A stretch of 58,357 bases of DNA, counting the filler, from Globobulimina sp. (lineage: Eukaryota): the NCBI GenBank assembly GCA_003354225.1. It is 6 parts of 6 records of this genome, joined end to end, with 100 filler letters (N's around TTAATTAATTAA, not from the genome) between each part and the next. Parts side by side here need not be neighbours in the genome. Positions count along the whole stretch, not along the records: positions 39,231 to 48,796 come from PIVH01000040.1; positions 48,897 to 58,357 come from PIVH01000041.1; 4 more parts are not named here. One strand, given 5' to 3'. A program made the translations under genes and the position numbers. Below, in pieces: positions 44,984 to 56,627 of this stretch. The notes under the pieces are model-generated. The model was not told where the DNA came from. It made no database searches and worked only from the letters and a program-made list of their open reading frames with translations. Every line of letters begins with the position of its first letter. The stretch's first letter is position 1.

Positions 44984-47900
44984 TTATTCACTTGATTCTT
45001 TGTAAAACCCAGACGCTGTGGTCAATGCTTTTGTAAAATTACGTTTCAAAATTTCTTTTGTTGTATATTGCGGGATTTGTAGATTTAAAAAACAAGTTTG
45101 TGACTGCGGTAATGTTTGATCCGCATTATCAACCTTTAAAACACTAATTTGTAACCTTAAATTTTTGCGTATAAATTCCTGTTTTGATGGCAACCGTTTT
45201 TGTGCATAAACAAAATCTATAAATTTTGGTTTTAATTCCTCATCTAATGATAGTATAACTTCCCAGAAATGTTGGATTAACTCATGATTTAAAGACAAAC
45301 CATCTCTATAAACCGTGTGTTCTTTCAACAATGATAAATCAATTTGTGATGAACCACATATCTTTAATCTCAATTCAATTTCATTGAATACATTCAATGC
45401 GTTTAAGGGTATTATCTCTGACAATCCACAAATTAATGCATATATTTGACCTTCAAACCGTGTGTATAATTGATATATTAATATATCTTTAACTAAATCT
45501 AATCGATTATTATATGCATATTCTTGTTTGTCATTTGTATCCAACATATCAGATACATTTAACATTGCAATTAATTGTTTAAATGATGATTTATCATTTA
45601 AATGCCGAATGTTTTCAAGTGATTGAAAAGTTGTAATATCAAATTGTTTTAAATAATTCATATGTTTATCAATATCAATATTATCATTTGAATGTTTCTC
45701 AATCTGTCCGCGGATACATTTATATTTTGACATATTTTTAATTAAAATCCAAATCCAAATTGGAAAATCAAAATGTAACGGAATTGAACATCGCATTGAG
45801 ATTCCAATAATACGTCCTAAGCAATAATATGACTGCGCTTGTAAATAATACAATAAATTCGGATTAAACATAAAATATTCACGATTCTCTCCTAAATCGT
45901 TTGATCGGTTCGGTGTTGGTACTAACAATGCTAAAGTCATTGGAGTGGAATTCTCATTTTTAGAGCAATAATTAATATCATCCACACGCTTTATTTCCTC
46001 ATCCTCTTCCTTTGCCTCTGCATCTTCTTTCTCATCTTCATCTTGTTGAGGATGATACAAATTATGTTGCAATTCATCCACCAATCTCGCAAAAAAAGCG
46101 CGAAACGGACCTTCGTCGCCTTCGACGGGTTCATCATGCAATTTAATAATAAATGGCGTCTCTGTTCGTAGTCCTCGTCCTAAACTCCACGGTGTACGTA
46201 ATCTCGCTGAATCTGTCAGTAATAATACTTGATGGGCTTGGAATAATACACAATCATAAAATGAAAATGAATCGGTTGATAATATCCTATCAATTTGTAA
46301 ATCAAATGGTTGCCTGAATGCTGATGGTGTTGCTGTATAATCTAAGATGCGGTTAAAATGATTTTGTCGCACATTTAAAAATATAATGGGCAAAATGCAT
46401 TCAATTAAATCATAAAATGGGGAACATTGATCAATATCAATTAAACTTAAAAATGATGCCATATTTTTGTTAAATTCACATAATAAAATACAACGATAAA
46501 ATATAATTAATTTCCAATCATATTCAGATATATTCAAAAATACTTTTTTATTTGCTTTTAGTAGTTTAATTTGGATGCAATTTAATATTTTTTCTATCAT
46601 TAGTCTGTATTCGGAATTATCTGTCATTGATTTATAGCCCACACTGGAATACAATTCAATGAATTTTGATTCCATATTATATCTTGTCATTATATTCAAT
46701 AATAAAATATCTTCTTTTTTGCTCCAAGATTCTAACCATTGTAACTTATCATTTTTATTTGGATGCAATTCTTTCAATTCTTTCAATTCTTTTTTTTCAA
46801 CATTTTCTTGCTGTTTTTCTTTTATTATCTCTTCTTTTTCTTCATTCATTTCTTTTGGCTCTGGCTTGGTTTCTTCGGTTGATTTATCACCATCTTTCAT
46901 CTCAATTTTATCATCATTTACATTTACTTTTGCTGTTTCCGTTTCTGTTTCATTTGCAAAATCATCACTAATTTTTTCCTCTTCTCTTACATCCACTAAA
47001 TAATCGGAACATAAATCTGAAATAAAGTCAGCTGAAAATTTATTATGTTGTTGGAAAAATAGCGCATTTCTAATGGTATCGATTGCATTGATATACCAAT
47101 GATCCGTTGCCTCACAGTCAGTTATATTAAATAATTTTTCTGCTAATAACCTTGTTGCAAATATATGTTTAAATAGTTTTGAATGTAAGCAACAATAACT
47201 TAATGTATTTGCATTATTATTTGCTTGCTGCAATTGTTCAATATCTGAACTATAATAAAATCGCAATCGTATTTGCAACTTCTTTGTCCAACTCTGTATT
47301 GCTTGTTTTATTTTTACATTTTCCTTTAATTGTAATTCTTTTTGGATCATTTCCTGCTGATTATTTATTAATAAATTGTGTAAAATATTGGCAACGGATA
47401 ACATCCATTGCGAGGCAATGACAGTGGGAATGTTATCCGCTGCAAAATAGCCTTCAATTAACGTATTTATTAATATCAAATCCCAATTCCATTTGTTACG
47501 GATCGATGGACATATAAATAAATTGATTAATCTCGGAATTGGTGACAAGAACAGCGATAACTCAGTCTCTCCAGTCAGTGATATCCAAATTTCAGATTGT
47601 TCAAATATTATTGTGCCTAATTCGTGTAACTTTGATCGATATAAAATATTGGTACATTTCATATCACCATAAACAGTCAATGCATCATCATTTTTTGTTT
47701 TGCGACCCGAATCTTTAATAATTTCAATCAATATATCACATCCAATCGACACCTTATACTGAAACGCATATTGACGAATTAATAATGCATTGTTATTTGG
47801 ATTTAAATTAACTTTAAACGAATTATTATTTAATTGTTGTAGTATCGAATGGATGATATCATTTAATGCTTCTCTCTGTTGCTGTTTATCCACATTATCC

Positions 47901-48796
47901 AATACATTTGCCACATAATCATTATACTGAATACTTTTATTTGTCATTGCAACAGTAATTGGGTTATATAACAATGAAGCATAATATTGATAATTTTGAA
48001 TGCTATCAAAAGCTGGCTGCTGTTGTTGTTGCTGCACATGTTGCGATATATTATATAATACTTGTAAGCATATTTTGGCAATGGAGGAGCACGTCTTATT
48101 AATATTATGCAAATATAATTTGGCCAACTTATTTGGCGGTAATATTATCGACGAATTATAATCCAAAATCGCAAGTTGCAGCACATTTAATGGCAGCCAC
48201 CATCTTTCCTGTTTCCCTTCATTTTCATTTTCAAATAACACCAACGCTAACTTTGGTTTTGTGTCCGTGTCCACATAAACTACTTTACCCACCGAATTAC
48301 GAATATCCTCCAGTTGATCCACCCATATTTTCGCGCGAATCATACTAATTCTCGATTGAATATCTGCCTTCACATGCACGCACACCCCGAATTTCAAATA
48401 TTTTAACAATTGCGGCGTAACATTCACCTGTTTTACACTGCGCCGAATGTGTTTTGAGGGCGACATGGGTGAATTTAATGAGCCAGTCGACGATGTCGAT
48501 GATAATCTTTGTATGGGACACTTATCCAAACCCGGATCGATCTCACGAGCTTGCATCAAAGCAACCATATCATGCGGATTCACTCGCAATCGCGTTAATA
48601 TCTCAATCATTGTGAATCTATCCATGCCGTGGATAGTTAATCGGCTTTCCACTCTGTTCAGCCATTTTTCCACCATTGGATCCGTCACAATCTGCGTGTA
48701 ATAAATAGGCAATATACGCGTCCATGTTCCCGTTGGATGGTCCAATGTATTGAAGCCATATTGCAATTCCACGCCATCATAGATATGATCATAATG
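44984..48796 (-). CDS. HECT E3 ubiquitin ligase, C-terminal part; 5' truncated
   Basis: GDEGPFRAFF, LGRIIGISMR, FWEVILSL and LPQSQTCFLNLQIPQY (catalytic Cys); upstream Mib/Herc2-like SH3 segment. Confidence 0.9.
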   Translation of the reverse strand, partial: HYDHIYDGVELQYGFNTLDHPTGTWTRILPIYYTQIVTDPMVEKWLNRVESRLTIHGMDRFTMIEILTRLRVNPHDMVALMQAREIDPGLDKCPIQRLSSTSSTGSLNSPMSPSKHIRRSVKQVNVTPQLLKYLKFGVCVHVKADIQSRISMIRAKIWVDQLEDIRNSVGKVVYVDTDTKPKLALVLFENENEGKQERWWLPLNVLQLAILDYNSSIILPPNKLAKLYLHNINKTCSSIAKICLQVLYNISQHVQQQQQQPAFDSIQNYQYYASLLYNPITVAMTNKSIQYNDYVANVLDNVDKQQQREALNDIIHSILQQLNNNSFKVNLNPNNNALLIRQYAFQYKVSIGCDILIEIIKDSGRKTKNDDALTVYGDMKCTNILYRSKLHELGTIIFEQSEIWISLTGETELSLFLSPIPRLINLFICPSIRNKWNWDLILINTLIEGYFAADNIPTVIASQWMLSVANILHNLLINNQQEMIQKELQLKENVKIKQAIQSWTKKLQIRLRFYYSSDIEQLQQANNNANTLSYCCLHSKLFKHIFATRLLAEKLFNITDCEATDHWYINAIDTIRNALFFQQHNKFSADFISDLCSDYLVDVREEEKISDDFANETETETAKVNVNDDKIEMKDGDKSTEETKPEPKEMNEEKEEIIKEKQQENVEKKELKELKELHPNKNDKLQWLESWSKKEDILLLNIMTRYNMESKFIELYSSVGYKSMTDNSEYRLMIEKILNCIQIKLLKANKKVFLNISEYDWKLIIFYRCILLCEFNKNMASFLSLIDIDQCSPFYDLIECILPIIFLNVRQNHFNRILDYTATPSAFRQPFDLQIDRILSTDSFSFYDCVLFQAHQVLLLTDSARLRTPWSLGRGLRTETPFIIKLHDEPVEGDEGPFRAFFARLVDELQHNLYHPQQDEDEKEDAEAKEEDEEIKRVDDINYCSKNENSTPMTLALLVPTPNRSNDLGENREYFMFNPNLLYYLQAQSYYCLGRIIGISMRCSIPLHFDFPIWIWILIKNMSKYKCIRGQIEKHSNDNIDIDKHMNYLKQFDITTFQSLENIRHLNDKSSFKQLIAMLNVSDMLDTNDKQEYAYNNRLDLVKDILIYQLYTRFEGQIYALICGLSEIIPLNALNVFNEIELRLKICGSSQIDLSLLKEHTVYRDGLSLNHELIQHFWEVILSLDEELKPKFIDFVYAQKRLPSKQEFIRKNLRLQISVLKVDNADQTLPQSQTCFLNLQIPQYTTKEILKRNFTKALTTASGFYKESSE

Positions 48797-48896
48797 NNNN
48801 NNNNNNNNNNNNNNNNNNNNNNNNNNNNNNNNNNNNNNNNTTAATTAATTAANNNNNNNNNNNNNNNNNNNNNNNNNNNNNNNNNNNNNNNNNNNN
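48797..48896. other. Artificial contig linker
   Basis: N44-TTAATTAATTAA-N44. Confidence 0.99.
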
Positions 48897-50456
48897 AAAT
48901 CATTTTTAAATGTCCAACAGATAAAAAATGCCAATGAAGAAACTGTAACGCTACAAATTGAATGTTTAACTGCATTGCATGACTTTTTTGAAACAGAAGA
49001 ACGACGGACGGAATTTCTGCAAAGCAAAACTGAGAAAAATACAAATAAACATATCGCCAAAGAGAAAATTATCAACGAAGAAGAAAGCAGCGATATTGAA
49101 TCCGATGCGGAGTTAAGTGATGAACAAGAAATGAAAGAAGAGACTGGAAACCACCGCGATGTGGCAGGTATTCGTGGGGGATATGTCTCGACCGATACAG
49201 GCAATTTAATCGAATTTATTAATACCATATCTTGCTCCATCACTGTGCTCTGTTTGTCGTCGTCTGATCAGGTCAGGAATAAATGTTGTGAGATATTATT
49301 AGATTGGACCGCTTCTTGCTGGGTCAATCCAATCGAGTCTCTAAAAGAAATCATCTCATTTTGTTTGGATCCAACCGATTTCTATCATAAAACTTGCGAC
49401 ATTGCCTATATTGCATTAAGTAAAATTATTGAACGAACACCGAACTTATTTCATATGAATTGTATTCATGGCATTGTGCAATGTTTTAAATTGTACCATT
49501 CCTCATTAGATTATACATTCATTGATGTGGATGAAAAGAATCCAATCATAAATACAATAATTCCGCAAAATGTGCCTAAATTATTTGGTGTGTTGGAGGA
49601 AATGAATAAAAGTAAACAGCAACAAGTTTTATGTGCAATTTGTCGATCGATAATAAGTTATATTGATTTTGGTGTTTGTAAAAAAAAAATTATTTCCAAA
49701 AAGAATTATTTGCAGATTCCAATGTTTGTGACATATTTATGTCATTTTTTATGTGCTATGCCGTTTGAAACGTATACGCCAAGTCAGCCATATGCGGTTA
49801 TTCAATGTTTAGATAATATTTTAAAAAATAATATTACGCATTTAACGGCAAATATAAGCAATAAAATGAAGATATTGAATGAGAACATATCAAATAAAAA
49901 AGAGATTTTAAGCAATGTACGAGCTTTATATGAATATTTATGTCATGGTTTAATGTGTTTAATAATATATCAATTCAGAGAGTTTTGGACGAAATTATAT
50001 AATTTAAGTGATCAACATATATATAATTATAAATTAACTGCAAATAAAAAAAATAAAGATAAAAATTTTAAAACCAAAAAACAACAAAATGGTGAGACCC
50101 AAATGTTATTTATTATTGATATAAAAGGTAAAAAAAAAATGATCAAAGACTTGCAAAGTTTATATCAGCTCTATTTTATTGAAAAACAAATTCGTTTGAA
50201 TAAAAATAATAAGACAAAAAGACATAATACGCGATCAGGTAAAAAAGAAGAGAAATATAACATAGCTCCAGTTTTAATTAAGATTGAAAAGGAATTTATG
50301 AAAATGGCAAATGAATATGTTGATGAAATGGCAAATGAATCGACACAAACTGATTCAGAAAGAAATTCTAGCGACGATATTGACAGTGATAACGAGAATG
50401 ATCTCGATATTGATATGATTGATGTTGAAAAGCACCAAAAGAAGAAAAAAAGATAA
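48897..50456 (+). CDS. NIPBL: Cohesin loader NIPBL/Scc2 C-terminal part; 5' truncated
   Basis: WVNPIESLKEIISFCLDP and LCAMPFET...PYAVIQCLD resemble Nipped-B_C motifs (LVHPxxCxPxLIAxxxDP; LAxFPYxTxxEP). Confidence 0.65.
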   Translation, partial: KSFLNVQQIKNANEETVTLQIECLTALHDFFETEERRTEFLQSKTEKNTNKHIAKEKIINEEESSDIESDAELSDEQEMKEETGNHRDVAGIRGGYVSTDTGNLIEFINTISCSITVLCLSSSDQVRNKCCEILLDWTASCWVNPIESLKEIISFCLDPTDFYHKTCDIAYIALSKIIERTPNLFHMNCIHGIVQCFKLYHSSLDYTFIDVDEKNPIINTIIPQNVPKLFGVLEEMNKSKQQQVLCAICRSIISYIDFGVCKKKIISKKNYLQIPMFVTYLCHFLCAMPFETYTPSQPYAVIQCLDNILKNNITHLTANISNKMKILNENISNKKEILSNVRALYEYLCHGLMCLIIYQFREFWTKLYNLSDQHIYNYKLTANKKNKDKNFKTKKQQNGETQMLFIIDIKGKKKMIKDLQSLYQLYFIEKQIRLNKNNKTKRHNTRSGKKEEKYNIAPVLIKIEKEFMKMANEYVDEMANESTQTDSERNSSDDIDSDNENDLDIDMIDVEKHQKKKKR

Positions 50457-50626
50457 AAGATAGCGACTTTTTGTAATTATTTCTGATTGGTTGCATTGAT
50501 ATATTTTTTTAACACATTTATTTACGCACCGCATATCTCTTAATTAAATTTTATTTATCTCATTCAATATTTAGCACAAATGTTGTAACGATCATCCAAT
50601 AATCTTTAGGTTTTATGCTGCAAATA

Positions 50627-53600
50627 TCAATAAAAATCATTGCAGGAACATTTACCGTCTTGAAAAGTATGAACGCGGTTTGCATCTGAAACAATTACTT
50701 TTCTGTTTGTGATGATTGAGATGAGTTTAATTGATTGGTGGCAATCATTACAAATTCTTAGATTCTTATTTATTACAATCTGATAATCATTTGCTGTTTT
50801 CAACAATGCATAGACCAATGCTAATTTTTCACTGTGTCGCAATAATTCATATTCTTTCTCCGAATCCGTGTTTAGCTCTTTTGTGATGAAACTAAAATCG
50901 TGTTTGAATGCATATTCTTGTTTTAATTGTTCCCATAATTCGTGCAGTTTCTCATCAATTAACTCTGACTCTCTTTTACTAAAATCCCTTTTATATTTAT
51001 TGCCTGCTTCGAATCTGTACAAAGTGCCATAAATATCTATCTCGGATATTCCTTTTGTTTTTGTCCAACCTCTCAATTTCATCTCTTTCCGAATCATTTC
51101 GACTTTATCGAATTCCTGATATGCGCCATAAATATGTGATAATAATATGGAGGCTGCTCCTAATTTATCCGCATATTTGTGGCCAACAAATCTTTGTTTC
51201 ATTTGATTGAAAACAGTTTCTGCCATTTCCTTATTCTTATATTTGCGACATCCGTTCAACAATGACATCCACACAGAATAAGGCAGCAATAATATATCAT
51301 TCTCATCCATTATAACATCAAATGCTTGCTCCAAAAACCCATTTCGCGCAAAGCAATCAACCAACGCATTTATAGTATTTGCAGTATAATTTTGTGGCGA
51401 ATGTTTTATTTCACTTTGCCATAAATATTGTGCCTGCTCCACATTGCCACTGTGACTGTACGCATTGAGTAAAGATGTATAAATCTTATCATCTGCTTTT
51501 AAACCAACTCCATTCTTCATTCTATCAAACAGCTCCTCCACTTTCTGCAAATCTCCATTGCGGCCAAACGCATGAATGATACTGTTGAAAATATCAATGT
51601 CTTTCAGCTCATTAAAGTTAAATATTTCCAGACAAATATCCAACATTCCACATTTGCCGTACATATGAATCAAATTAATTTGTATCGACCGGTCATTCAA
51701 CATATTAATGTCCATCTTATTATGTATTTTCTTTCCAAAGTGATAAGCTGAGGATTGACTGCACGCTTTGAATAAAATAACATGTGATATAATATCTGCA
51801 GATAGCATGTTGTCATAATATTTTTTAAATAACTCAATGCATTGTAAATTATCTCCATTTTCAAAATAAGCAGTCATCATTGCATTAATACAAATAATAT
51901 CTCGCTCCGTCTCTCCAATGCAACCAAATATTTCTTTTGCTTTCTTAATATCTCCCAAGTTTCCATAAAAGTCAATCAGTGTACATTTGAGTTGAAGAGA
52001 TGGATATTTATTATTTATATTTTTAATGTTGGATATGATTTCTATGCCTTTCTGCTGCCACGAATCATTTCTATTTTTCATATGTATGCAGGCCTTCAAA
52101 GCCAATATTTGCGAGACATCATTTTCTGCATTTTCTAGTTTAAATTCCTCGTACAATGCCAGTGCTTTTTTGCAATAACCATTGTTTATATAGGCTCTCA
52201 TCAAACAATTTATACTTTCTACATTCTTCTCCTTCTCAGCAATACCATCAAAAACTGCTTCTGCACATAAAATATGCCCCATATTTCCAAAAGCTTTGAT
52301 AGCAATCAAATGGGTAATAATGGTCGCTTCCATTTTATCCATACCCTTAATATCTGCATACAAATCGAGGCATTTTCCATCCATTTTATGGTTACAATAG
52401 GCAGTCATCATACAATTCACAGTTTGAATATTAATGCATTTATTTTTATTTTTAATTTGATTGAATACATTCAAAGCTTTATTAATGTCATTCAAAGGAT
52501 GTCCGTAAAAATGAATCAATGTGTTTTGCAGTTGAACATGATGCTCAATATTGCGATCATTAATTTTCCTTTTAATGATATCATTTCCTGTCAATATATC
52601 ATCCGTATTACTGCAACATTTAAGTGCCAACAATATGGATATATCATCCATCAAATCTGTTTCTTGATATTTACAATACACTTTCAACGCTTCTTTATAT
52701 GAATTGTTTTGGATCAAAGCTTGCATCATATTATTAATGCTCACATTATCTTTATTTTCAAGATTGGTAAATGAGTTTATGGCTTTCTCAATCTCTCCAA
52801 AATGGCCATAACCAGCAATCAATGTATTATTCAATTCAATGCTTGCAATATTTGTAATATTTTTAACAATCTGCTTGATATTGATGGCATCATTTGTATT
52901 AATACACATTTTGAGCAATAATATGTGTGAGACATCATCATGAATTCTTTTGTATTTGTTATACAAAGACAGTGCATCTTCAAATCGTTTATTTTCATTA
53001 TAAACAGAAATCATACAATTTATAATCTCAATCCTTTTATCCATTATATTTTCAAACAAATGCATGGCGGCACAAATGTCCTTATTATCACCATATGTTT
53101 TCAAAGCAATCATAAATGTCTGCGGATCACTTTGCAATTGTAAGTTGCCAATGTTTTCAAAGATATTTATTGATTCTTTCCACATTCCATTGTCAGAATA
53201 CATTCTCATCAAAGCATTCACACATTTTATGCTGGGATTTGCAATCTGATCGAATACATTTTGTGCTTTCGTGACTTGTTTAAAATGATTATAAAAATGA
53301 ATGGCTGTGTTGGCATAGTTTACATTGTTGCTTTTACGCAATGTCTTGTCCAGAATGTCTTGTCCCATTTGCATATTATTGGTGTTGGTACAGGCTTTGA
53401 CGGCCAATAAATGGGAGATATCATCTCTTAAATAGCTATATCGGGCATCTTTATATATTGATAGTGCCTCCATATAACAATGGTTATTTATATAAGTTTG
53501 GGTCATACAGTTGAGAGTAACCACACTTTTCTTGTTACTGTCAATATTGTTGAATATAAGCAATGCTTTGTCAGTTTGAGCAAAATGTCCATAAAAATTT

Positions 53601-54331
53601 ATCATACTGTTTAATAGCTCAATGCTGTGATTATTACTATTTGATGAGTTTACATTCAATTCTTTGATGAGTTGTTGCCCGAATCGATAATTATTGGTAA
53701 TAATACACGATTTGATGGCAAATAAATGGCAAATATCATTCATCTGCACAGTTTTATGAAAGTCTTGATATAAACGCAATGATTGTGGTTGACAGTTATT
53801 TTTAATGTAAGCTTTCATCATAGCACTGATTGTATTGACATTTTCCATATTCTTTGCCGGAATTGACTCAAACACATTTATTGCTGCTTGCATTTGATTG
53901 AAATGACTGTAAAAATTAATCAATGCATTTGGTACATAACTGTCATTTTCAATTAAGTGCAGTGGAACTTTCGAATGAATAATGCTTCCCTTTTCGAAAT
54001 TGTTTGATTCAATGCAACATCGCATCAATGATGGATAGGATACTTTGTCTGAACCTAAAATCATATGAATATCATCCCAAATTAGCCAGATTTTGTGTGC
54101 ATGTTTTGTGGATAAGCATAGTTTTACCATGGTATTGATCACAAAATGGTTTTTTGCTTCATTTGAAGGAATTTGGTGATAGATTCCAAATGCTTTTCCG
54201 ACAATCACTTGGTTTGTTTCTTTCCCGTCATTCTTTTGATACAAACTCTTTATTGATTGGGTTGCTGCTTTACAAGTTAAGAACGGTTTCGATATTGTTG
54301 AGAAGTGCACATGAAAACCTTTGGAAATCAT
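50627..54331 (-). CDS. PLS-like PPR protein with E and DYW deaminase domains
   Basis: More than 20 PPR repeats, E-like WMSLLNGCR...ILLSHIY, PG-box-like KTKGISEI, HSEKLA, KNLRICNDCH and HTFQDGKCSCNDFY; intronless. Confidence 0.93.
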   Translation of the reverse strand: MISKGFHVHFSTISKPFLTCKAATQSIKSLYQKNDGKETNQVIVGKAFGIYHQIPSNEAKNHFVINTMVKLCLSTKHAHKIWLIWDDIHMILGSDKVSYPSLMRCCIESNNFEKGSIIHSKVPLHLIENDSYVPNALINFYSHFNQMQAAINVFESIPAKNMENVNTISAMMKAYIKNNCQPQSLRLYQDFHKTVQMNDICHLFAIKSCIITNNYRFGQQLIKELNVNSSNSNNHSIELLNSMINFYGHFAQTDKALLIFNNIDSNKKSVVTLNCMTQTYINNHCYMEALSIYKDARYSYLRDDISHLLAVKACTNTNNMQMGQDILDKTLRKSNNVNYANTAIHFYNHFKQVTKAQNVFDQIANPSIKCVNALMRMYSDNGMWKESINIFENIGNLQLQSDPQTFMIALKTYGDNKDICAAMHLFENIMDKRIEIINCMISVYNENKRFEDALSLYNKYKRIHDDVSHILLLKMCINTNDAINIKQIVKNITNIASIELNNTLIAGYGHFGEIEKAINSFTNLENKDNVSINNMMQALIQNNSYKEALKVYCKYQETDLMDDISILLALKCCSNTDDILTGNDIIKRKINDRNIEHHVQLQNTLIHFYGHPLNDINKALNVFNQIKNKNKCINIQTVNCMMTAYCNHKMDGKCLDLYADIKGMDKMEATIITHLIAIKAFGNMGHILCAEAVFDGIAEKEKNVESINCLMRAYINNGYCKKALALYEEFKLENAENDVSQILALKACIHMKNRNDSWQQKGIEIISNIKNINNKYPSLQLKCTLIDFYGNLGDIKKAKEIFGCIGETERDIICINAMMTAYFENGDNLQCIELFKKYYDNMLSADIISHVILFKACSQSSAYHFGKKIHNKMDINMLNDRSIQINLIHMYGKCGMLDICLEIFNFNELKDIDIFNSIIHAFGRNGDLQKVEELFDRMKNGVGLKADDKIYTSLLNAYSHSGNVEQAQYLWQSEIKHSPQNYTANTINALVDCFARNGFLEQAFDVIMDENDILLLPYSVWMSLLNGCRKYKNKEMAETVFNQMKQRFVGHKYADKLGAASILLSHIYGAYQEFDKVEMIRKEMKLRGWTKTKGISEIDIYGTLYRFEAGNKYKRDFSKRESELIDEKLHELWEQLKQEYAFKHDFSFITKELNTDSEKEYELLRHSEKLALVYALLKTANDYQIVINKNLRICNDCHQSIKLISIITNRKVIVSDANRVHTFQDGKCSCNDFY

Positions 54332-54395
54332 TAACAACAAAAAAACTTTTTTTTAGTCAGGAGAGCAAGTATAGTTATAAAAGTATAGAATGATT

Positions 54396-55151
54396 TTACG
54401 CCACATAGATATTTTTTCTCTTCTTTCCTCGAATATCTGCATGAGGATCAAATTGAGCATTTTTGGTTTGGTTGGATATTTTTTCAATATTTCTTTTCGC
54501 AGTGAAGTTTTGAATATCGTTTGTAAATTCATACAACAGAGACACAGCCAAAATAATCAAGATATAGGCAATTGAATTAATAACAGACTCTCCAATCTTT
54601 GCAAACAATAAGAATCCTTTTAATAATAAAATCAGCGAAATAATGCTCATAAATATGATAAATTGCGCAGAAACAAAGGATAAAATAATTCCGACAAAAT
54701 AATTGTGTCTATGATTTGAATCATCATTTCCGAGCTTAGCGCATTTTGTAATCATTTTCACGAATCGATGTAAAAGAATTATGCCCAAAACAAACATAAC
54801 AGAGCATAATACGGTAATTTTATTGACACATTCTTCCGTTTCAGTTTCTGGTTTGACTGTGCAAATGAAAGAATATTTAGATATTAATGAAGATATCAGA
54901 ACCAGACAGGCCATATAACACAAAAATATCATTAATCTTCGTTTTTTTTTAAAAGGATGTTTGTAGTCCGATAAGAATATACCAAATAATACATTATTGT
55001 TTTTAATGTAGATCCATAAATCTGACACGATGTTTTCTGTCCAAATTACTCTGTCTGTGTCATACAATTCTTCTTCTTTCTCGCACGTGTTATTGACTGG
55101 TTGCTTCACAACAAATTTCGGTGATAATTTGGAGAGCACTTTGTTTAGCAT
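54396..55151 (-). CDS. Hypothetical membrane protein (about 4 TM)
   Basis: 251-aa ORF; NNVLFGIF...HPFKKKRRL motif followed by hydrophobic helices. Confidence 0.6.
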   Translation of the reverse strand: MLNKVLSKLSPKFVVKQPVNNTCEKEEELYDTDRVIWTENIVSDLWIYIKNNNVLFGIFLSDYKHPFKKKRRLMIFLCYMACLVLISSLISKYSFICTVKPETETEECVNKITVLCSVMFVLGIILLHRFVKMITKCAKLGNDDSNHRHNYFVGIILSFVSAQFIIFMSIISLILLLKGFLLFAKIGESVINSIAYILIILAVSLLYEFTNDIQNFTAKRNIEKISNQTKNAQFDPHADIRGKKRKNIYVA

Positions 55152-56610
55152 GGAAACAAAAAACAGTTTGGACTTACAGAGAAGTGGTGAGGTTGCATTA
55201 TCATTAGATGAGCGCCTGAAATCATTAAAAACAAGATATTGTACATTGCTATGTTTATTAGCATCAATTGATGTTTTGGGGTATTCATAATTCCTTCATT
55301 CATTTTAATGATTTATTGAATATATATAATTTGTATGACACAGACCATTTGCAACCGATGCACATTTACCATCATTGCCCAAAATGACATCGGATTTACA
55401 TACATCTCCGTCATGGATTCAATTTAGTGTTTTATCGTATTCCTTCATATTGGCAGTATCTTCATTATGCGGCGGTTATTTATCAGATAGATATGGTCGG
55501 AGATTAATAACCTTATTCGGTTTATTCTTTTTTATTTTGGGTGGATTTGCTTGTGTTGTGGCTCCAAATATTTTAGTATTAAATATCTCGCGTATTATCC
55601 AAGGATTTGGCGGTGGCATATCTTCCATTATAACATCAGCCGTTGCTCGGGATGTATTTTTAGCAAATGAACGCATGCAAATATTGGGCATCTTAGGAAC
55701 ATTACGACCATTCGCAATATGCATAGCACCGATATTTGGTGGTTGGATCGCTGAAACATTCAATTGGAGAATGGTATTTTTTGTAACATCCTCAGTTGCG
55801 TTGATTGTATGTCTTATGACATTTATATTATTGCCAGAGACGAAAGAAAAGTTTTTTATTGCTCGTCGCAGTGATATGGATAAAGCAAATATTAAAATTA
55901 ATATGACACAAATTCTATGCTCGGACTGCATTTTATTAACAGTGAGTTTTATGTTTGCATTCCGAATGATCGCAGTCTTTGTATTCTTAAATGAATTCCC
56001 GTTTGTTGTGGATGCTATTTATGCATTTAATGAATTTACATCGGGTGTGTTGATTGGCTGTGGTGCCTTTTGTTTGGTTATCGGGGCTTCTCTCAGTATT
56101 TTAATGGCTCGGTGCAACAAAGTATGCATAATGCGATTGTCTGCGAGTTGTGCTTTGCTGTCAAGCATATTATTAATAAGTGGGCCTATATGGAATCATT
56201 GGAAGGAAATAAAGAGTAAAAAAATCTCATTTGCTGATTTATACACATATAATGATTGGTACTTTATTGTGATCCCATTTTGTATTTTGACATTCAGCCA
56301 AGGATTAAATGGGCCGCCTTCCAATGTGATTGTGCTGGAACCCTATCCACATTGCGCTGCTTCAATAAGTTCAATCTTAGTATTTTGGAGACTGATCTTT
56401 CCAGCCATTGTTATGATTATTATTACGCAAATCGCCTCCATCTCAAATGAAAGCAACCACATTGCCGCACTTATTATAGTTCTAACTATGTCATTCATGG
56501 GACTCTTATGCTTCTTGCTCATGTTTTGTGGAACCTGTTTATCGAAACAAACTGTCGAGAAGAGAATGAATATTAATCCACAAAAATATTATGTAAAAGT
56601 TTTGAGTTAG
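55150..56610 (+). CDS. MFS drug:H+ antiporter (DHA1, Bcr/CflA-like), 2 exons
   Basis: Intron 55281-55343 restores LGPFATDAHLPSLP; motif A GYLSDRYGRR, RIIQGFGGG and APIFGGWI...WRMVF. Confidence 0.9.
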
Positions 56611-56627
56611 TGTCACAAGTCACAAGC

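Noticed and set aside
9762-48896. Five regularly spaced TTAATTAATTAA elements
   Set aside because: Artificial six-frame-stop linkers inside N runs. Contigs are in descending length order, so adjacency across them has no biological meaning.
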